From Syntrophales bacterium (GTDB lineage: Bacteria > Desulfobacterota > Syntrophia > Syntrophales > UBA2210), in contig CAXXKT010000001.1 in the NCBI GenBank assembly GCA_963662405.2, positions 1,152,001-1,216,000 on the forward strand: a DNA stretch of 64,000 nucleotides, read 5' to 3'. This document shows positions 58,907 to 64,000 of this stretch, piece by piece. A program made the translations under genes and the position numbers. Under the pieces are notes generated by a model, which did no database searches, was not told where the DNA came from, and saw nothing but the letters and a program-made list of their open reading frames with translations. How positions within the stretch are numbered: position 1 is the first letter of the stretch; each line of letters opens with the position of its first letter.

Positions 58907-61039
58907 CTATCGGGGGCGGATTTCGTAGTCGGCCGTCACGACAATATCGGCTTTTCCCTTCATTCCCTGGATGACGCCGTGCTCGATCTCCAGGACCGTT
59001 TGAATAAAGGTGAAGTCCTGATCCGGGTCGCGGGCGAGGTTTCTCTCCCTCACCGCGGTGATCCTCTCGCGGTAATCCGATTCGAGAAAGACCTTCAGGG
59101 TTGCATTTTCGAGGGTCAGACCGTAGGTCAGATCGACCAGGACAACATCCGCCCCGGCCAGGGATACGGGAACGCGTGGGTAGCGTCTCGATCCGAGACG
59201 GCGGCAGTCGGACGGGACAAAGACTTCTTTAGTATCACGGTCTGCCGCTTTTCCCAGGACGGCATCAAGCCGCTCCAGGTCCACCTCCCCCGGCCCGAGG
59301 TACTCTTCCAGGGTCCCCCGCGCGTAGGCATCGAGACGCGCCTGGTGATTTTCCTCCGGCGCCAGCCGGAAAAAGGCATCCCCCGCGATCGTGACCCCCC
59401 TGAGCTTTTCACCCCTGATGAGGTATCGCAGATACTCGGCCACCTCGGTCTTTCCCGCCCCCGATTCGCCGCTCAAGACAATGATCGCCCTCTTCTTCGC
59501 CCGTTTCGCCGTTTTCGCCTGTTCAACAATATGCGGGAGGAGACCGCCCCCCGCCTTTTGATGTTGCACGTTGACCATCGGGGGGTCTCCCCGCCAGGTG
59601 AAGGCGGTCCGGTGGTAGGCCCTTTCCCGCCCCCGGACCCTTGCTGTGCAGAGGGAATCGAGGACCTCCGCCTGGCGCTCGGCGATGGCCCGCCACCGGA
59701 AGGTGTCTCGGGCGAGCTGATGGCCGTGGGAAGCGATTTGGTCCAGGGTTCCCGTCTCTTTCACGGCGTCGATCAGCTTCCGGGCGGCGCCCCGGGGATC
59801 TCCCGGATCGACGATGAGGGTGTCACGACCGTCCCGCATCCATTTCGTGATCCCCGCCTCCCGGGAGATAACGACGGGGGCACCGGTCGCCATGCTCTCC
59901 GCGACCCCCATCCCGAAGGGTTCCACAAACTGCATGCCGATATAAGCGCGGCAGTGATGGGCCAGGGTCGCCAGGACCTGCCAGGGCTGGCTGGGGAGCC
60001 TCACAACATCGGCGGCGGATAGTTGGTATTCGCTCATTACCCGGGCGATCTCTTTTTCGACGGACACCTCCTCGGGGAGGGGACGGTCGGGGGACCCCCC
60101 GACGAGAACCAGTTTCATCGCTCCCATCAGGGCAGGGTCGATCCCGCGTGCCTCGCCGAAGAACCGCACCACGCCGGGGACATTCTTTGCCTCGGAGAAG
60201 CGCCCGAAGTAGAGGAAATAGTGTCCTGCGGTCAGGTTGTACCCATCGAGCGCCTCAGGGTGAGGTTCCCGGTCGATTGCGAAGAAGGGGGTCCCGGCCC
60301 CCGCCGGCATCACGGCGTGGGGGAAGGCGGCCCCGTAGTATTCCTTCAGGATATCTGGTTCCTGGAGGGTGTTGGCGATCTCGAAATCGGCCCCCCGGAG
60401 GGCGGCCAGTTCGCAATCTTCCCGGATCCGGAAGTTGTACTGTTCGTCGAACCAGACGGCGGGATCGTCCGGGTCCAGCCCGAGGGAACGGACCTTGTTG
60501 ATCCCCAGTGAATGGGGAATCACCGTCACCGGTACCCCCAGCCGTTCTCCCACTTCCAGGGCGCCGACCATCCCGTCCGCATAGTGCCCCATCACGGCGT
60601 GGGCCCCGAAGAGGGCCGCCACGGCGACCGTACTTTCCGCCATCGGGGGGATGAGGGGATAGATCTCCTCCTTGCGCACGAACTCGCTTCCCCCCGCCCG
60701 GATGCGGATCAGCCAGAGGTTCCTGGCGAATTGCTCCACCCGGGGGTACGGGTCGAAGTGCCGCGCCACGATGATCACCTTCCGTCCCTGCCGCGCCCAT
60801 GCCTTCGATACCTCGAGGACATAGTAGGTCTGCCCCCCCGTGTCGGGGACACCGGCGGGGGGCGGGTCCCCCCAGTAGCCGTGGGTCGAGACCATGACGA
60901 TTCGCCCGGCATGTCCGGTCTTCCGTGCCCTGAGAGAGACGGGAATTCCGTGTTCGTCAAACAGGGTGCGGTATTCCCGCAGGAGTTCCCCGGTCAGGTC
61001 ATATCTGTTTCCCAGGAACTCAATACGCCGATCGCTCAT
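58907..61039 (-). CDS. GT4 glycosyltransferase (sucrose-/mannosylfructose-phosphate-synthase-like) fused to a P-loop kinase domain
   Basis: STHGYW..PDTGGQTYYVLE, GHYADG, HSLG, GRF..KN, EPFGMGVAESMATG; C-terminal LSGESGAGKT and GDAFF; ATG at 61039 has an AAGGAG RBS. Confidence 0.85.
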   Translation of the reverse strand: MSDRRIEFLGNRYDLTGELLREYRTLFDEHGIPVSLRARKTGHAGRIVMVSTHGYWGDPPPAGVPDTGGQTYYVLEVSKAWARQGRKVIIVARHFDPYPRVEQFARNLWLIRIRAGGSEFVRKEEIYPLIPPMAESTVAVAALFGAHAVMGHYADGMVGALEVGERLGVPVTVIPHSLGINKVRSLGLDPDDPAVWFDEQYNFRIREDCELAALRGADFEIANTLQEPDILKEYYGAAFPHAVMPAGAGTPFFAIDREPHPEALDGYNLTAGHYFLYFGRFSEAKNVPGVVRFFGEARGIDPALMGAMKLVLVGGSPDRPLPEEVSVEKEIARVMSEYQLSAADVVRLPSQPWQVLATLAHHCRAYIGMQFVEPFGMGVAESMATGAPVVISREAGITKWMRDGRDTLIVDPGDPRGAARKLIDAVKETGTLDQIASHGHQLARDTFRWRAIAERQAEVLDSLCTARVRGRERAYHRTAFTWRGDPPMVNVQHQKAGGGLLPHIVEQAKTAKRAKKRAIIVLSGESGAGKTEVAEYLRYLIRGEKLRGVTIAGDAFFRLAPEENHQARLDAYARGTLEEYLGPGEVDLERLDAVLGKAADRDTKEVFVPSDCRRLGSRRYPRVPVSLAGADVVLVDLTYGLTLENATLKVFLESDYRERITAVRERNLARDPDQDFTFIQTVLEIEHGVIQGMKGKADIVVTADYEIRPR

Positions 61040-61101
61040 ATACCGTTTCTCCTTATCGTGCGTGGTAACCGCCTCTTCTCGTCGCATGCCCCCTATAGTG
61101 G

Positions 61102-61932
61102 TTACAGGTAACTGTGCAGACCCGAGAGGATATAATTGACACCGAGATAGGTGAAGATGACGGCAATAAATCCCACTATGGAAATGACAGCCATCCCCGT
61201 TCCCCGCCACCCCCTGACCAGGCGGGCGTGGAGATAGGCGCCGTAGAGAAACCAGGTAATCAGAGACCAGGTCTCCTTGGGGTCCCATCCCCAGTAGCGT
61301 CCCCAGGCCGTATCGGCCCAGACGGCACCGGTCATGATCCCAACCGTGAGGAGTAGAAATCCGACCGATATGGTCCGGTAGGCAAGATCATCGAAGAAGG
61401 CCGGCGAAGGAAACCGCCCAGCCATGCGTCCTTTTGTCTTCGCCGTCACCAGGTAAAGCACCCCGGCCCCGAAGGAGAGGGCAAAGCAGGCATAGGCGAG
61501 GAAGGCACTGATGACGTGGCTGATCAGCCAGTTGCTCTGGAGGGCCGGGATCAGCGGTTGTATACGGGCATCGACCTTCCCCGAGAGGGAGGCATAGGCC
61601 AGGATTAAAAAGGCGAAGAGGGAGAGGATGGCGCCGACGAATCCATTTCCGAAACGCCTCTGGGCGAAGAAAAGGACACAGACGAGAGACCAGGAGAAAA
61701 AAATCAGGGATTCGTAGAAATTTGACAGGGGTGCATGTCCGATCCCCAGACGGTACGAGAGGACCCACCGGAGGACAATCGCGGTTGTGTGAAGAATGAA
61801 TCCGACTGTCGCCACGCCCGTGGCGAACCGCTGGATTCCCCGCCGTTCCCACACGACGGAGATAAGGAAGAGGAGGGCAACCGCGAAATAGACAAAGGTC
61901 GTTATGCTGATCAGAAAGGTGTCGTCCATCAT
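61102..61932 (-). CDS. ccsA: Cytochrome c biogenesis protein, system II (CcsA/ResC-type)
   Basis: HAPLSNFYES, PALQSNWLISHV, GAVWAD.AWGRYWGWDPKETW, GLHSY. Confidence 0.95.
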   Translation of the reverse strand: MMDDTFLISITTFVYFAVALLFLISVVWERRGIQRFATGVATVGFILHTTAIVLRWVLSYRLGIGHAPLSNFYESLIFFSWSLVCVLFFAQRRFGNGFVGAILSLFAFLILAYASLSGKVDARIQPLIPALQSNWLISHVISAFLAYACFALSFGAGVLYLVTAKTKGRMAGRFPSPAFFDDLAYRTISVGFLLLTVGIMTGAVWADTAWGRYWGWDPKETWSLITWFLYGAYLHARLVRGWRGTGMAVISIVGFIAVIFTYLGVNYILSGLHSYL

Positions 61933-61933
61933 C

Positions 61934-63247
61934 TCATCCCGTGAAGATTGTTCGGCATGCCTCATCGAGGCGTTTTTCGAAGCCTTGATTATTGTTCCCG
62001 GGGTCGGCAGCGACCGCGATTTCGGTCCCCTCCGCCGTGGGGGTGATCCTGACCCAGAGACGCCGATGGGTTCCGAAGAGACTCACCGTCAGACCGAGAA
62101 GGAGCAGGATAAACCCTGCCCAGACCAGCGGCACTCCGGGATCGCTTCCCACCTGGATTCCCGTGTAGAAGCGCGCCGTAAAATCGTGAAAGGAAAAAAT
62201 ATATCCACCGTGTTCTGCGGATTCCCCCCGGAAGAGCCAGAAGATATCATGGGGCTGACCGGGTTTGAGGAGGACACCCAGAAGGGCCGGGCCTCTCCCC
62301 TGAAAATCGGGGGCGAACCGGGCTGCGGCGAAGGATGCTTCTCCGTTCGGGAGGGGAGCCTTCTTCATCAGTGCCAGCGTCAGCGGTTTCTCCTGCCCCG
62401 TCGCGATATCCCGTACGGCAACCTTGAAATCATGCGCCTCCGCGATACCATATGTCGCCTGGCAGAACTTCACCCCCCGATATCTCAAAGGTTCGTTCAC
62501 CTTGATGGCTGCGGAGAGGACTTTTTTTTCTCCTTCCAAGACCGTCACATCGGACCGATACTCTTTGGGCATCCCATTTTCGTAGAAGGAGACGGAAAAA
62601 TCGTCGCACCCGATTGCAAAGGGAATGGTCTTCGTCCCACCGTCATACAGGGCCACGGTATTCGTTTTGGTTCCCTCGGTGATCATCATCTGCCCGGCGA
62701 ATCCCCAGATTGCCCCTATCAGCCCGCCGGCGAGAATGAAGAGGATACTGACATGAACGGCAACCGTCCCCAGCCGTGCATACCGCCCCCGTTGAGCAGC
62801 AAGGTACCGTTTCCCCTCCCTGACGGTGATGGAAGGTTCCCCCGCGAGAGAATGCATGAGCGTCCGCGTTTTTGTCTCCAATTCATCGGTGGAAACTGTA
62901 CTCCGGATAATCCTCTGTACGGAAGCGCTTCGAAAGATCCTGTCGTCTCCGTTCTGGAGAGGGGAACGAATCCGGCGAACGATCCGGGGAATCCTCCGTG
63001 CGGTACAGGTGATAACATTGACGGCCAGAAGGAGGAGCAGACCCGTGAACCACCACGAGTGGTACATGTCGAAGGCATCAAGCCACGAAAGGATCGACGT
63101 CAGGTCGGGACCGTACAGATCCACATACCGCTTCCGGGGAAGACCCTGCTGAACCAGGGTGCCGACAACGGAGGTTGTTGCCAGGAGGAGGAACAGACAT
63201 ATGGTAAGCCGTGCCGAGGCAAGGATTTTGTACATTCTTTCCATCAT
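61934..63247 (-). CDS. resB: Cytochrome c biogenesis protein ResB
   Basis: GTLVQQ, DMYHSWWF, VH.SIL, VNEPL.Y.G, DPGVPLVW.G; upstream of ccsA. Confidence 0.92.
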   Translation of the reverse strand: MMERMYKILASARLTICLFLLLATTSVVGTLVQQGLPRKRYVDLYGPDLTSILSWLDAFDMYHSWWFTGLLLLLAVNVITCTARRIPRIVRRIRSPLQNGDDRIFRSASVQRIIRSTVSTDELETKTRTLMHSLAGEPSITVREGKRYLAAQRGRYARLGTVAVHVSILFILAGGLIGAIWGFAGQMMITEGTKTNTVALYDGGTKTIPFAIGCDDFSVSFYENGMPKEYRSDVTVLEGEKKVLSAAIKVNEPLRYRGVKFCQATYGIAEAHDFKVAVRDIATGQEKPLTLALMKKAPLPNGEASFAAARFAPDFQGRGPALLGVLLKPGQPHDIFWLFRGESAEHGGYIFSFHDFTARFYTGIQVGSDPGVPLVWAGFILLLLGLTVSLFGTHRRLWVRITPTAEGTEIAVAADPGNNNQGFEKRLDEACRTIFTG

Positions 63248-63589
63248 GACAGTCGATTCGGCCTCGCTGGTTGGTGAACCAGCTCATTTTTTGGTATACC
63301 ACTCCCGAGGGATTCTATATGAAGGATATACAAAGGCTTGTCAAGAAATTCTGTCGACAGCGGCCAGGACAAAGCGAAGCGAGCAAAGGGAGTTGTTTCC
63401 CCTTTTCGCCCCGGTGTCAAGGGGGCTCGCCGTGACCTCGAAGATCAAGGTTACGCGGGCCCGATGTCGATTATCACGCCAGCTGTTTCCCTGTCAGTCA
63501 TGAAAACCATGACTGGATAACACCATGGAAACGGGAAGGGACCGCAGTCCCTTCCCGTTCACGGTCAATACTCCGGTCCACCCTCAGCC

Positions 63590-64000
63590 CTACGGTGTTT
63601 CCTTCGACAGGTTTCTTCCGCAAATCCGGCCAAAGACCAGGCAATCCGGGACCGCACAGCTCCCCAGCCTGCTCGCGCCATGCGGCCCTCCCACCGTTTC
63701 GCCGGCTGCATACAGCCCCGGTATGGGCTGTTGCGTTTCCATTTCAATGACCTGCCCGTTTGTGTTGATCAAAACACCACCCATGGTGTGATGTGTTTTC
63801 GGTACACCTTCCATGATGTAGTAGGGGGCCTTTTCGATAGGTTTCATGTTTTTATCGAGAGGTTTGCCGAACTGCTTGTCTTTCCCTGACTTTACAGAGC
63901 GGTTATATTCTTCCAGCTGGGCCTTGAAAGGTCCCAGAGGTGTCTTGAAATGCGCCGCCACCTCCTCGATCGTGTCGAATTTCAGGACTACTTTTTTGTC
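63590..64000 (-). CDS. Flavocytochrome c / fumarate-reductase-family flavoprotein, C-terminal part (truncated by window edge)
   Basis: HHTMGG, GLYAAGE, HGASRLGSCAVPDCLVFGR. Confidence 0.85.
   Translation of the reverse strand, partial: DKKVVLKFDTIEEVAAHFKTPLGPFKAQLEEYNRSVKSGKDKQFGKPLDKNMKPIEKAPYYIMEGVPKTHHTMGGVLINTNGQVIEMETQQPIPGLYAAGETVGGPHGASRLGSCAVPDCLVFGRICGRNLSKETP

Noticed and set aside
57396..58928. 510-aa alternative-frame ORF over the TonB-like and MFS genes
   Set aside because: Arg/Gly/Pro-rich off-frame translation of GC-rich DNA; the MFS frame explains the region.

Overview
Bacterial chromosomal window. Gene content (SfrB-like flavoprotein, PAS/sigma-54 activators, ResB/ResC cytochrome c maturation, two-subunit fumarase) suggests an anaerobic Desulfobacterota/Syntrophales-type organism; this is an inference. 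Housekeeping genes, mostly on the minus strand, flank the window. Left: gspFGH, cold-shock protein, dnaJ, purC, rsmB, fmt. Right: tRNA-Asn, SfrB-like/Fe-S pair, four-subunit 2-oxoacid:ferredoxin oxidoreductase, fumarase, recR-ybaB-dnaX-ffs-2x tRNA-Ser-tadA, a GT4-kinase fusion and ccs genes. Between fmt and tRNA-Asn lies a ~36.6 kb all-plus-strand catabolic region (9.4-46.1 kb). It encodes the reductive GABA route (GabT, Fe-ADH, 4-hydroxybutyrate CoA-transferase, AbfD) in the same gene run as a Liv-type ABC transporter, LamB/PxpA and a urea-carboxylase-like enzyme split into four genes. Best interpretation (inference): a sigma-54-controlled, biotin-dependent lactam (2-pyrrolidone) ring-opening system feeding anaerobic GABA/4-hydroxybutyrate metabolism. 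The region also records repeated duplication and decay: two near-identical abfD copies, two abfD relics, a reciprocally eroded duplicate block and an unannotated 53-aa membrane protein kept intact in both copies. Candidate enhancer boxes and a candidate structured RNA are also present. All alignments were done by eye and no database searches were run.
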